Source: a virus (lineage: Duplodnaviria; Heunggongvirae; Uroviricota; Caudoviricetes). Taken from it: a stretch of 64,000 nucleotides of DNA. The first letter of the stretch is position 1; every line of letters starts with the position of its first letter. The translations under genes were made by a program, and so were the position numbers. The stretch is taken from positions 100,007 to 164,006 of the IMG/VR virus record IMGVR_UViG_3300028832_000001. One strand, written 5' to 3'. The notes below the pieces were generated by a model. That model saw nothing but the letters and a program-made list of their open reading frames with translations. It did not search any database and was not told the origin of the DNA. Below, one piece after another: positions 39,178 to 49,183 of this stretch.

Positions 39178-42100
39178 ATGAAAAAGATAATCGGAATATT
39201 ATTAGTTTTAGCTGCATTTGTTTTTTCTGCAGACTATAAGCCGTTTAACTTTGAAACTATCCCACAAGATTCTGCAAGTCAACAGGATCAATTTGATTAT
39301 ATGCTTCAATATAAGTTATATGGTCATGATTTTATCAAAATGGGAAATGATGTTCGTATTCCAGACAAGTCAGGTTGGAATGGTACTGTAGGTAATATTA
39401 CTTCTAATGCAAGATTGACCTTGGGCGGTCCGATTCTTGCAAATGGTAGTATTTCTATGGGTGATGGTCCAAATAATATTACTGGACCAGTTCGCTCAGT
39501 CGATTTTGATCTTGGAAATGTAAATAATTCCAAAATCGCAAGCCCTGTTTGCTTAAGCGGAACCGCAAATGCTAATGCATTGTCTGCGATTGAAGATCAT
39601 AAGACTTATTCTTTCGATGCAAACATTTGTAAGGACAGCGTTCCTGCTGCACCTACAAATCTTTATATGCCGATTGTTGATTGGGATAATCTTGGTGCTG
39701 ATGTTAAGTTGGATGATATTGTTTTAAGTGGCAATGATGCTACAGATACTATTTTTGTTCCTAAAGGTGAAGGCGCATATAAGATTTTAATTGATAAGAT
39801 TCAGTTTGGCCTTGGCGGAACTAATGCAAGCCATTTGTATGTTAAGATGCAAGATGGCGGTAGATTGACCCAGATTTTCGTAAAGAATTTTATTTATGGA
39901 AATCATGCTACAATTCAGGTTGTTTATGATACTGACAGTGGAAGCGTAGTATTGAATCAGGACCAATATCGTGGTAACTTGATGTTCTATTCTAATAATG
40001 TTATCAGTTTTGATAATATGGACTATGCTCCTATTCAAGGTTCATTTATTTCTACTGATTCAATTTTCTTGGGAAGAAACGTTAATATTTCTGGTCAGTT
40101 ATTGACTAATAAGCTTGAAATTGGAAATGATATTGATGGTAAAAACTTCAGATTTGTTAAATTCGACCCTGATACAATCGATGTTAAGCTTGATAAGTAT
40201 GGTGGTTTGAGAGAAAATGATTCTACTGTTATTATTCCTATTGAACTAAGTGATACTGCTACTATCGCTGTATATTTTAGATATTGTTTTGATTTGAAAG
40301 ATGGTGTAACTGTTGAAGATTTTAATATTCCGCCTACATTCCCTATTTGTAACATCGATCAACCGAAAGAAGTATCTATTCCTATCGGTTCAAAGATTCC
40401 AAGTGATCCAATTAAGGTAAATGTTAAAGTCGATACATTGACAGAAAATGAATATCTTGTAATTAAGATTGATAGCATTTCTGGTGCTATTCTTCCTGAT
40501 GGTAAGACTGAAGGAGAATTAAAGATTAAGATTATTGACGCTCCTATTGGACATGTTGAATTTGATACTACAAAGACATATGAGTTTGAGGAAAATAAAC
40601 TTGGTGAAGTAGATGTAATCAAGATTTTAAATGGAACTGAAAATACTCGTTTCCATCTTGATAGTGCATATACTGATAGATATGAATTGGATAGCTTGAC
40701 TGGTAAGTTGACACTTATTGGTGAACCATTAGATTATGAAAAGGCTGCAATCGATGTTATTAAGGTTACATTGACTGATACTGGCAATGTAAGTGTAACT
40801 CGTAATATTCCTATTACAGTAATTGACGTTAATGAAGCACCTACTATCGATGATGTAACTGCTAATCTTCCGGAAAATCTTATTCATCCATTCATGGTTG
40901 AAAAGTTAGTTGCAAAAGATCCAGATACTAAGACAACATTTACTCAAAATGTTTTCAGTATGCTTGAAGGTGATACAAGCTTATTTAGAGTAGATTCTGA
41001 TGGTGAAATTTGGGCAAAGAAGACATTTGACTATGAAACTGATCAGAAAACCTATACTTTGAAGGTTTTGGTTCATGATAAGACTAATCCAGCATTGAAG
41101 GATAGTGCTATTGTTACTGTTAATATCACAAACAGCAATGATGGTCCTAAGTTTGACAGAAATGATACTACATTCCATGTAAATGAAAATGAACCATTTA
41201 AGGATAGTGTAAAGGCAACTGACCAGGATGGTGATAAGATTACTTATTCTATCATTGGAAGTGTTCCATTCAAAATTGATTCTACTGGCGTAATTACTTC
41301 TACTAGAACATTTGACTATGAAAAAGAAAAAGAATTTACATTCAAGGTCATTGCTGATGATGGTAAAGCAAAAGATACAATGACTGTAAATATTATAGTA
41401 GACAATGTAAATGAGCCTGTTCATACCAAAGATACAACTTTTGTTGTAGATGAAGGTAAAACTGGTGAAATCGGTAAAGTCAAAGGAGAAGATGAAGATG
41501 GAAAGCCTGTTAAATTTTCTTGCGATGATAGTGTGCATTACAGCATCGATACTAATACTGGTATTCTTAGACTGGTAGACCCATTTGACTATGAGATTAC
41601 AAAATCTGATACCATAAAGGTATTTGTTACTGATAGTCTATTTACAGATACTGCCATAGTTATTATTAATGTTAATAATGTAAATGAACCTCCTGTATTA
41701 CAGCCAAATGATTCTCTTACAGTTCCAGAAAATTGTAAGAATTGTATTGTTGGTATTATTACAGCAGTTGACCCTGACAGTGATAAGGTAATTTACGAAG
41801 TTAAGGAACCTGGTTTCACAATCGATACAAATGGAGTATTAAAGCTCACTGATCCTCTTGATTATGAGAAAACTCCAGAAGTTAAGATTACAGTTATTGC
41901 AAAGGATTCTAGTGGCGCAGCTGATACTGCCACCTATATAATTAAGATAACTGATATTAATGAACCAGTCCATGTTCAAGATACAACTTGTTCTGTAAAG
42001 GAAAATTATACTGGTAAGGTTTGCAAGATTACAGCAACTGATGAAGATAAAACAACTCCTAAATATATAATTACCGATACTACAAATTATTCTATCGATT

Positions 42101-43986
42101 CTACTGGTGTAATTACTATTAAGAACCCGATTGATTATGAAAAGAAGACTAAGGACACAGTAACTGTTATTGTAACTGATGACGAATTTTCTGATACCGC
42201 ACAGGTAATTATCAGAGTTCTCGATGAACCTGAAAAGGTTGAAATTACCACATGGGATGATGAAAAGCCTAAAGATACAGTAAAGACAAATGACCCAGAT
42301 CATAAGTTCGAATGGGAACTTTGTGAAGGTGATAGCTGTATTAAGCATGAAGAATTTCCGCATATCAAGAAAGATACAACTATCAAGGTATGTAATGATA
42401 AGAAGACTGTTTGTGATTCAGTTGTAGTTTTATTCAATGATGCACCTCCAGTTGTTACTTTGACAAATGCAAAGTCTACTGATGCATTGATTGACTATAT
42501 TACAATCGAAGAACAGAAGGACGATAAGATTTATGTCAACAAGAAAGAAAATCCAATTACTGTAACTGTTAGAGATACTGTTCATAAGACAGAAAAGAAA
42601 TTTGATATTAAAGTTAAGCTTGATACAATTCCTACTAAGGATATTAAGATTAAGGAATATAACTACTTGATTGATGAATCTCTTGCAACTCATACAGCAA
42701 TAGGTAACAATCTTATTGAAGTTTCTGAAGTTATTTCTGTTGACGGTAATAAGATAACAATTTCTAAGATTGTTGATAAGAAGACAATGGAACCAATCGA
42801 TACAGTTCAAACTGTTACTTATCATAAGAAGGTTGGTGGTAAGGACGTAGTTGTTTCTTATAAGACTGATAATCTTACTGGTCAGAGAGTTTCTGATTAT
42901 GAAATTTCTTACATGGCTGATTCTTGCACTAAGGTTACATATACTGTAAATGATAAGAAGGAAATTGTTAAGAATAAGGAAGGAAATATTGCATATAATA
43001 TCACTTATGATTATGTAGATGATTTTGGTAACAAAGCATCTGCATCAGTTGAAATTATCTTCGACGATATTCCGCCTAAGGTTGAAATTCTTGGACCTGG
43101 TCCAATGGAACATTTCAATACAAATGCAATTCCAGTTAAGTGGACAGTTAATGGCGAAACACAAGATACTTTGACATTACAGAGACTTGAAAAAGGTGTT
43201 AACTATATTATCAGAAGATATGTAGATAAGGCTGGTAACGTCGCTGCTGATACAGTCACAGTTCTTATGAATGAAGCCAAGGATATTGATATTGAAATTA
43301 TCAATCCAGTAACCAAGGTTGACCAGGATAAAGTTGATGAATATTATTCTGAAGGTCATAAGTATAATGATAAGAAACCGTTTGACGTCAAGTTTGTTGA
43401 CCCGAAGAACGATACAATTCCAGATGTAATTGGTGTTGGTTTCAAGGTTGATATTGTACTTCCGTCTGTTTCTCCTACTGGTTCTCTTGCAACATTGGAT
43501 GACATTGTAAAGAATGGTCAGATTCCAGTTGATGATAAGGGAAATATCGTTGGTGCTTCTACAAAGGGAATTCCAGTAGATAAGTATGTTGAAGAACATT
43601 GTACTGAAGAATTCCAGAAGGATTACGATAAGTATGGTTTGAATATTCCGCTTTATGACGTTACTTATAAACTTCATCTTTGGGTATATACAACTACTGC
43701 AAACTATGTAAATGATTTTAATATTGAATTTACATTGAATGATGAAGCTAAGACTACTACAGCAGGAACTGTCCAGATGGTTATCGACTGGTTGTCTGAT
43801 AAGGATGGAAACGTCAAGGCTAAGAACCATCATGCTTTAGGAACAGGCGCATATATAACCAAGTTGTTCAGCACTTCTGTTGCAAAACACCGTTGTGATT
43901 ATAAGGATCAAGTTAAGGGTGATAGAACTGTAAAGAAGGATGAAACAATGAAAACATTTGGTTATAAGCGACCAAACAACAAGTAA
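39178..43986 (+). CDS. giant secreted protein with multiple cadherin-like repeats
   Basis: Signal peptide (MKKIIGILLVLAAFVFSA). At least six domain junctions carry cadherin-type linker motifs (VIDVNEAPTI, NSNDGPKF, DNVNEPVHT, NVNEPPVL, DINEPVHV, LDEPEKV). Each is preceded by ...DYE(K/T)... blocks. 1602 aa. Confidence 0.6.
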   Translation: MKKIIGILLVLAAFVFSADYKPFNFETIPQDSASQQDQFDYMLQYKLYGHDFIKMGNDVRIPDKSGWNGTVGNITSNARLTLGGPILANGSISMGDGPNNITGPVRSVDFDLGNVNNSKIASPVCLSGTANANALSAIEDHKTYSFDANICKDSVPAAPTNLYMPIVDWDNLGADVKLDDIVLSGNDATDTIFVPKGEGAYKILIDKIQFGLGGTNASHLYVKMQDGGRLTQIFVKNFIYGNHATIQVVYDTDSGSVVLNQDQYRGNLMFYSNNVISFDNMDYAPIQGSFISTDSIFLGRNVNISGQLLTNKLEIGNDIDGKNFRFVKFDPDTIDVKLDKYGGLRENDSTVIIPIELSDTATIAVYFRYCFDLKDGVTVEDFNIPPTFPICNIDQPKEVSIPIGSKIPSDPIKVNVKVDTLTENEYLVIKIDSISGAILPDGKTEGELKIKIIDAPIGHVEFDTTKTYEFEENKLGEVDVIKILNGTENTRFHLDSAYTDRYELDSLTGKLTLIGEPLDYEKAAIDVIKVTLTDTGNVSVTRNIPITVIDVNEAPTIDDVTANLPENLIHPFMVEKLVAKDPDTKTTFTQNVFSMLEGDTSLFRVDSDGEIWAKKTFDYETDQKTYTLKVLVHDKTNPALKDSAIVTVNITNSNDGPKFDRNDTTFHVNENEPFKDSVKATDQDGDKITYSIIGSVPFKIDSTGVITSTRTFDYEKEKEFTFKVIADDGKAKDTMTVNIIVDNVNEPVHTKDTTFVVDEGKTGEIGKVKGEDEDGKPVKFSCDDSVHYSIDTNTGILRLVDPFDYEITKSDTIKVFVTDSLFTDTAIVIINVNNVNEPPVLQPNDSLTVPENCKNCIVGIITAVDPDSDKVIYEVKEPGFTIDTNGVLKLTDPLDYEKTPEVKITVIAKDSSGAADTATYIIKITDINEPVHVQDTTCSVKENYTGKVCKITATDEDKTTPKYIITDTTNYSIDSTGVITIKNPIDYEKKTKDTVTVIVTDDEFSDTAQVIIRVLDEPEKVEITTWDDEKPKDTVKTNDPDHKFEWELCEGDSCIKHEEFPHIKKDTTIKVCNDKKTVCDSVVVLFNDAPPVVTLTNAKSTDALIDYITIEEQKDDKIYVNKKENPITVTVRDTVHKTEKKFDIKVKLDTIPTKDIKIKEYNYLIDESLATHTAIGNNLIEVSEVISVDGNKITISKIVDKKTMEPIDTVQTVTYHKKVGGKDVVVSYKTDNLTGQRVSDYEISYMADSCTKVTYTVNDKKEIVKNKEGNIAYNITYDYVDDFGNKASASVEIIFDDIPPKVEILGPGPMEHFNTNAIPVKWTVNGETQDTLTLQRLEKGVNYIIRRYVDKAGNVAADTVTVLMNEAKDIDIEIINPVTKVDQDKVDEYYSEGHKYNDKKPFDVKFVDPKNDTIPDVIGVGFKVDIVLPSVSPTGSLATLDDIVKNGQIPVDDKGNIVGASTKGIPVDKYVEEHCTEEFQKDYDKYGLNIPLYDVTYKLHLWVYTTTANYVNDFNIEFTLNDEAKTTTAGTVQMVIDWLSDKDGNVKAKNHHALGTGAYITKLFSTSVAKHRCDYKDQVKGDRTVKKDETMKTFGYKRPNNK

Positions 43987-44044
43987 TAAATAAACCAGGA
44001 GTAAATCCTGGTTTTTTATTTTAGGGTTTACAACTAAAAAATAT

Positions 44045-44245
44045 TTGCTATATTATAATATTATGCAAAAAACAAAAATTGATATCGTAGTATTTGTAGT
44101 TATTTTTATTTTCGTATTTAGTTTAATGATATTTGGATGTAGTTCTGAAAGTTCTACTTCTCCTGAAGATATGTATCAGAAGTGTATTACTGTTAACGAA
44201 GAAAATCCAGATGCATGTGACCAAGAATTTACAATATATAAATGA
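44045..44245 (+). CDS. small membrane/secreted protein
   Basis: 66 aa. Hydrophobic N-terminus ending FGCSS (lipobox-like). Confidence 0.3.
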   Translation: MLYYNIMQKTKIDIVVFVVIFIFVFSLMIFGCSSESSTSPEDMYQKCITVNEENPDACDQEFTIYK

Positions 44246-44724
44246 ATTATTTAAAAACATATTTCGCAATTATTGCCAAAGCGGCAGGGAGAGAGCCATC
44301 GATATTATATGATAAGCATCATATAATTCCTCAGTCATTGGGTGGTCCAGACGTGCCTACGAACTGGATTTATTTAACCCCTAGGGAACATATGATTGCA
44401 CATCATTTGCTTGCCAGAGCTTATCCAGACGTCGAATTATTGCAGTCTGGATTTAACCTGAAGAAAGTCTGTATTAAGTATTATGACTATTATAGATGGT
44501 CTATGAGGTTAAAAGACTTAGCAGGTATGATAGAATATAGTAAGAATAAAAAAGAGATTGTAACGCGTTTAAGAGTGCTTCTGGACGCAATTGGTGATGT
44601 AGACCTAGATAAACATATTCCGGTAAAACAACAGCCTAATATGGTCAAATCTAAAGCACCAGCAGTTACTGAAAAAACTGAAAAAATAGAAACTAAAAAA
44701 GGAAAAAAGAAATGCAAAGAATAA
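44242..44724 (+). CDS. HNH endonuclease
   Basis: HHIIPQSLGGPDVPTNWIYLTPREHMIAHHLL is the HNH core (H-H...N...H..H). 160 aa with a Lys-rich C-terminus. Confidence 0.65.
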   Translation: MNYLKTYFAIIAKAAGREPSILYDKHHIIPQSLGGPDVPTNWIYLTPREHMIAHHLLARAYPDVELLQSGFNLKKVCIKYYDYYRWSMRLKDLAGMIEYSKNKKEIVTRLRVLLDAIGDVDLDKHIPVKQQPNMVKSKAPAVTEKTEKIETKKGKKKCKE

Positions 44725-44915
44725 TTGGAATCTTACTGTTACTATGTGGCATGTCATTTGCATGTTCACCCTTCTTCACTTCTGAATTTTGTAAGGAGAT
44801 AGATTTCTGGAATACTCAGTATTCTAGTTATCATTACAAATATTTTGAAATTTCTCCTAACTGGCTACTCTGGATTAACGGTTATCAAGCGTTTAATTTC
44901 ACGATTCGTTTCTAA
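44712..44915 (+). CDS. small lipoprotein-like ORF
   Basis: 67 aa. The N-terminus IIGILLLLCGMSFACS resembles a lipoprotein signal. Confidence 0.25.
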   Translation: MQRIIGILLLLCGMSFACSPFFTSEFCKEIDFWNTQYSSYHYKYFEISPNWLLWINGYQAFNFTIRF

Positions 44916-44957
44916 ATAAAAATTTACAAATTAATTTAAACTATGCAAAATTTTGCA

Positions 44958-44989
44958 TAGTTTTTTTTATATTTGATATGAAATTTGTA
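44958..44989 (+). terminator. rho-independent terminator (perfect palindrome ctatgcaaaattttgcatag + T8)
   Basis: 20-bp palindrome followed by TTTTTTTT. Confidence 0.6.
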
Positions 44990-45188
44990 ACGTAAAAAAT
45001 AATAAATAATTATATTTGTCGGTTGAAGTTTATGTTAAATCTTAGTGAAAAAATTTCTCAAAAATGTAGCTTTAAAATAGTAAAGGCTACATTTTTCATT
45101 GTGCTATAAATATAAAACCGATAAAGAAAATGAAAGTTATTAGTGTTGTGAATTAAATGTTTATTGAGCGTTTATAAAGAGGAAATAG

Positions 45189-47660
45189 ATGATTAAAAAC
45201 GTAATTAAGCGAGATAATCGCAGACGAAAATTCAACATTGCAAAAGTATATACAGCCATAGAAAATGCATTTAAATCAATAAATGAAAAATATACAGAAG
45301 AAGGTATAGACCAATTAGTTGATGAAGTAGTCGAGAAGATTTCCGCAAATGATGCCAAGTCAGCAAGAGTTGAAGATATTCAGAATGTTATTGAAAAGAC
45401 ATTGATGAATAGCGGATTCGGAACAGTTGCTAAGGCATTTATTTTATATAGAGACGAACGTAACCGTGCACGTGAAACAAAATCAGAAATTGTAAAGACC
45501 ATTAAGGAAATTACAGAGTCTGATATTAAAAGTTCGAATATTTTAAGAGACAATGCAAACGAATCTGGTGCTACTCCTGCTGGAACATACGGTAAGATTG
45601 CATCTGAAACGAATAAGATGTATAACCTGTTGAATAACATCAACAGAAAGTATGCACAGGAACATAAGGACGGACATTTACATATCCATGACCTTAACCA
45701 GTATAATTTGACATTCAACTGCTTGTTTGCTCCAGTTGGAAAGTTATTGAAGAACGGTTTTGACTCTGGAACTGGTTTCTTACGTTCCCCGAAGTCAATC
45801 CAGACTGCAGCAGCATTGACAGCAGTTATTCTTCAGCTCCAGTCCAACCAGCAATATGGTGGTATCGCTGATGATAATCTCGATTTTGATTTAGCACCGT
45901 TTGTCGATATTTCATTTAGAAAGAATCTTAAGGAAGAATTAGAAAGATATATAGAATATAATCCAGATCATGAAGAAATGACCAATCTTGATGAAGTTGC
46001 AACAGCTTCTATGAACTGGCCTTCTGCACTTCTTTATACTAAGTTCCCTAAGATTTGTGTTATTAAGGCAATTCAGAAGACAGATGATGATACACATCAG
46101 GCTATGGAAGGTCTTATTGGTAATTTGAATTCTTTACAGTCTCGTTCTGGAAACCAAGTTCCATTTAGTTCTTTGAACTTCGGTCTTAATACTTCTAATT
46201 GTGGTCGTATGATTAGCAAGAATCTTATTAAGTCTCAGATGGAAGGTCTCGGTGACGGATTGACAGCAATTTTCCCAATCTTGATTTTCAAGTTGATGGA
46301 AGGTTACACAAAGAATCCAGAAGATCCTAACTATGATTTGTATCTCGACTCTATTAAGTGTCTTGCTCGTAGATTCTACCCGAACTTTGTAAAGGTCGAT
46401 AGTTCCTTCAATAAGCCATACATCAAGTATGAAACTAAGGAAGTTGAAATTCTTGAAAATGTTATTGGTGTTAAGGTTCGTGGTAAAGATGAAGCAACAA
46501 TTATCCCAATGCAAGACCAGAAGTTTGATAAGTTTGTCTATCAGTATGATGTAGGTCAAGGTGACTATTGGGAAATTGAAGAAATTTCTGGAAATAAGTT
46601 GAAGTTGAAGAAACTCATTGAAAATACAACTATTTCTACTATGGGTTGTAGAACCAGAGTTATTGGTAATATCAATGGTGCTGAACAGACAACTGGTAGA
46701 GGTAACTTTGCATTCCATACAATTAACCTTCCTAGACTTGCTATTGAAGCTCATATCGCAGCAAAGGATGAAGAAGAACGTAAGACTATTTTCTTCGAAA
46801 AGCTTGCTGAAATGCTTGAAGATGCAAAGGGAAGTTTGCTTGACAGATTCGCATTGATTTCTAACAAGACATATGAGAATTTCCCATTTACTATGCAACA
46901 GGGTCTTTATCTCACATCTGATGACCAACCGCATGAAGTTACTGATAAGATTGGTGAAGTTCTTAAACAGGCTTCGTTGTCAATCGGTTACGTCGGTCTT
47001 GCTGAAACCATGTTACTCTTGACAGGTAAGACTTATGGTGTTGACCATGAAATTGATGATTATGCTTTCTCTATTGTAAAGACTATTCGTGAATTTGTTG
47101 ATAAGACACAGAAGGAAACTCATTTGAACTGGTCTTGTTTCGCTACTCCAGCTGAAGCAGTTGCAGGTCGTTTTGCTAACATCGATAAAAATCTTTTCCA
47201 GAATGAAAAGAAGCTTGCTGATGTAGATTTACAGAGAGTCTTCGGTAAGGGTTATTACACAAATAGCCACATGCTTGATTATTCTTTGGAAACTACTCTT
47301 GAAAACAAGATTAAGATGGAAGCTCCATATCACAAGATTACAAATGCTGGTCATATCTTCTATTACAAGTTGAATGGTGACTTGTCTAAGAATCTTGAAG
47401 CGGTCAAGGCAACTATTGATGCCATGTATGAAGGTGACCTTGGTTATTTCACTTGCACATTTGACAGTGATACTTGTACTAAGTGCCATTTCCATGGAAT
47501 CATCAATAATGAATGTCCATGTTGTGGTAACAAGAATGAAGACGAGATTATTCGTGTTAGAAGAATTACCGGATATTTGACTGGTTCTCCTAAGAAGACT
47601 ATTTTTAAGTCTTGGAATGATGGAAAATTAGCAGAATTGAGAGACCGTCATAATATTTAA
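45189..47660 (+). CDS. nrdD: anaerobic ribonucleoside-triphosphate reductase (class III RNR)
   Basis: 823 aa. ATP-cone-like N-terminus (VIKRDNRRRKFNIAKV). C-terminal Zn-ribbon (CTKCHFHG...CPCCG). Glycyl-radical-type motif RVRRITGYLTG near the C-terminus. Confidence 0.85.
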   Translation: MIKNVIKRDNRRRKFNIAKVYTAIENAFKSINEKYTEEGIDQLVDEVVEKISANDAKSARVEDIQNVIEKTLMNSGFGTVAKAFILYRDERNRARETKSEIVKTIKEITESDIKSSNILRDNANESGATPAGTYGKIASETNKMYNLLNNINRKYAQEHKDGHLHIHDLNQYNLTFNCLFAPVGKLLKNGFDSGTGFLRSPKSIQTAAALTAVILQLQSNQQYGGIADDNLDFDLAPFVDISFRKNLKEELERYIEYNPDHEEMTNLDEVATASMNWPSALLYTKFPKICVIKAIQKTDDDTHQAMEGLIGNLNSLQSRSGNQVPFSSLNFGLNTSNCGRMISKNLIKSQMEGLGDGLTAIFPILIFKLMEGYTKNPEDPNYDLYLDSIKCLARRFYPNFVKVDSSFNKPYIKYETKEVEILENVIGVKVRGKDEATIIPMQDQKFDKFVYQYDVGQGDYWEIEEISGNKLKLKKLIENTTISTMGCRTRVIGNINGAEQTTGRGNFAFHTINLPRLAIEAHIAAKDEEERKTIFFEKLAEMLEDAKGSLLDRFALISNKTYENFPFTMQQGLYLTSDDQPHEVTDKIGEVLKQASLSIGYVGLAETMLLLTGKTYGVDHEIDDYAFSIVKTIREFVDKTQKETHLNWSCFATPAEAVAGRFANIDKNLFQNEKKLADVDLQRVFGKGYYTNSHMLDYSLETTLENKIKMEAPYHKITNAGHIFYYKLNGDLSKNLEAVKATIDAMYEGDLGYFTCTFDSDTCTKCHFHGIINNECPCCGNKNEDEIIRVRRITGYLTGSPKKTIFKSWNDGKLAELRDRHNI

Positions 47661-47682
47661 TAAAAACAACTAGAAAAAAATC

Positions 47683-47712
47683 ATACGGGTTGAAAAACCG
47701 TATGGTTTTTCT
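47683..47712 (+). terminator. terminator-like hairpin (catacgggtt-gaaaa-accgtatg + T-run) after nrdD
   Basis: 8-bp stem then GTTTTTCT. It overlaps the first in-frame ATG of the following ORF, supporting a downstream start. Confidence 0.45.
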
Positions 47713-47734
47713 ATCTTTAAGCAAAAGGAAGCGA

Positions 47735-48028
47735 ATGTTAGATACTTTAATGTTAATCTGTGGTTTTTGTGGAGCTGGTGCTTTTGCAGTTTGTTCATTA
47801 CCACAAGTTATTAAAGCTTATAAAACTAAGTCGACAGGTGATATAAGTATTTTCTTTATTATCTTGTCAATTATCGGTAATTTATGTAGTGCTGCTTATA
47901 TATTCTATACTAATTATATAAGTGGAATGTGGCAATATCCGCAATATGTAAATTATACTTTGGCAACTATACTTATATTTATCCTTCTCGGGTTAAAACT
48001 AAAATATGATAAGGAAAATAAAAAATGA
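47735..48028 (+). CDS. SemiSWEET-like PQ-loop membrane protein (3-TM, ~97 aa)
   Basis: AFAVCSLPQVIKAYKTKSTGDISIFFIILSIIGN parallels the bacterial SemiSWEET core (FLPQV...TK.T.DIS). Three predicted TM helices. The start chosen is the ATG preceded by SD AAGGAAG; the ORF-track start at 47690 lies inside the nrdD terminator. Confidence 0.6.
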   Translation: MLDTLMLICGFCGAGAFAVCSLPQVIKAYKTKSTGDISIFFIILSIIGNLCSAAYIFYTNYISGMWQYPQYVNYTLATILIFILLGLKLKYDKENKK

Positions 48029-48684
48029 GTATAATGGATCTTATCGGTGTTCAAAGAGGAATTGATTTTGAACATAGTTTACCAACTGTAATGCGATATA
48101 AACCTGATATAAGAGAAGGTTATGAATATGGCAGTTTTGAACCTAAATATGGTCATACGCCAAATTGGCAACCTTTATGTAGTAATTCTTCAGACTTATA
48201 TAAAGAAATCGTTTTAGCATGTAAGCAGGTTGCAAAAGTTACAGAAATGAAAAATCCAATAGGTAATGATCCTTTTTGGCATCGTAGTGGACCTGAACGT
48301 GCAGGAACGATTGTTTCTAAGATAATACAGCTTTGTAATGATATTGCTATTGCTACTCGACAAGGTCAAGGCAATGTTATTGTATTAAATACTAAGATGT
48401 ATGATTTATTACGTGAGTTAACATTTGGTTTTATGGATTGCCCATTTATTTCTGAATCTGCTCCAGGCGTATTAAAGATTGTTGGAAGAGATGCTTTTAA
48501 AATGGATTTTGACGATTATTCAAATTATCCAGAAGCTATTATGACATATCATTCTAATAATTCGTGTGTATGTGGTGCTATTGCAGCACTTAGTCCTACC
48601 GAGACTTATTTTTCAATTAATACTGATATGGAAGGAACAGAGAATTATTATAGACTTTTAAGGGTAAAAGATGAATTACAGTAA
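48025..48684 (+). CDS. hypothetical protein, paralog A of a ~220-aa pair flanking nrdG
   Basis: 219 aa. Shares with 49152..49823 an N-terminal DLIGVQRG / DLIKVQKKDG block, a central ...V..I.....P.....E.R.G..L........A..T.R..G.ILIN...Y.LL.EL... block and a C-terminal YYRL block. Confidence 0.45.
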   Translation: MSIMDLIGVQRGIDFEHSLPTVMRYKPDIREGYEYGSFEPKYGHTPNWQPLCSNSSDLYKEIVLACKQVAKVTEMKNPIGNDPFWHRSGPERAGTIVSKIIQLCNDIAIATRQGQGNVIVLNTKMYDLLRELTFGFMDCPFISESAPGVLKIVGRDAFKMDFDDYSNYPEAIMTYHSNNSCVCGAIAALSPTETYFSINTDMEGTENYYRLLRVKDELQ

Positions 48685-49183
48685 AATTGATCCAATGAGT
48701 ATTGTCGATGGTGACGGTTGTCGAGTAACACTTTTTGTTTCAGGTTGTAGAAATCATTGTAAAGGGTGTTTTAATCCAGAAACATGGAATTTTGACTATG
48801 GTCAACCATATACAGAAATTACAGAAAATGAAATTATTGAAGCCTGTAAGAAATCATATATTGCTGGGTTAACTGTTCTTGGTGGAGAACCAATGGAAAA
48901 AGAAAACCAAGCAGAAATTTATAAACTCATTACTAATTTCAAACGTGCATATCCTGGTAAAAATGTTTGGTTATTTACTGGTTATATTTATGAAAAAGAT
49001 TTATTAGAAGGTCAGCGTCAAAATATAAATGGGTTAACTTCTTCTTTATTAGAAATGGTTGATATTCTGGTTGACGGACCATTTATTCTTGAACAGAGAG
49101 ATTTGAATTTAAAGTTTAGGGGAAGCACGAATCAAAGGCTATTAACAAGAGATGAAAGACAAAGGTTACAAAATGACAATTAA
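48671..49183 (+). CDS. nrdG: anaerobic RNR activating enzyme (radical SAM)
   Basis: CRNHCKGC (CxxxCxxC) after DGDGCRVTLFVSGC. LTVLGGEP follows. 170 aa, immediately after the nrdD neighbourhood. Confidence 0.8.
   Translation: MNYSKIDPMSIVDGDGCRVTLFVSGCRNHCKGCFNPETWNFDYGQPYTEITENEIIEACKKSYIAGLTVLGGEPMEKENQAEIYKLITNFKRAYPGKNVWLFTGYIYEKDLLEGQRQNINGLTSSLLEMVDILVDGPFILEQRDLNLKFRGSTNQRLLTRDERQRLQNDN

Noticed and set aside
39324-43833. Numerous minus-strand ORFs (69-218 aa) within the cadherin-repeat gene
   Set aside because: All are antisense within a single 4.8-kb ORF with a signal peptide and periodic domain linkers. They are AT-rich Ile/Asn/Phe-biased translations typical of spurious frames.
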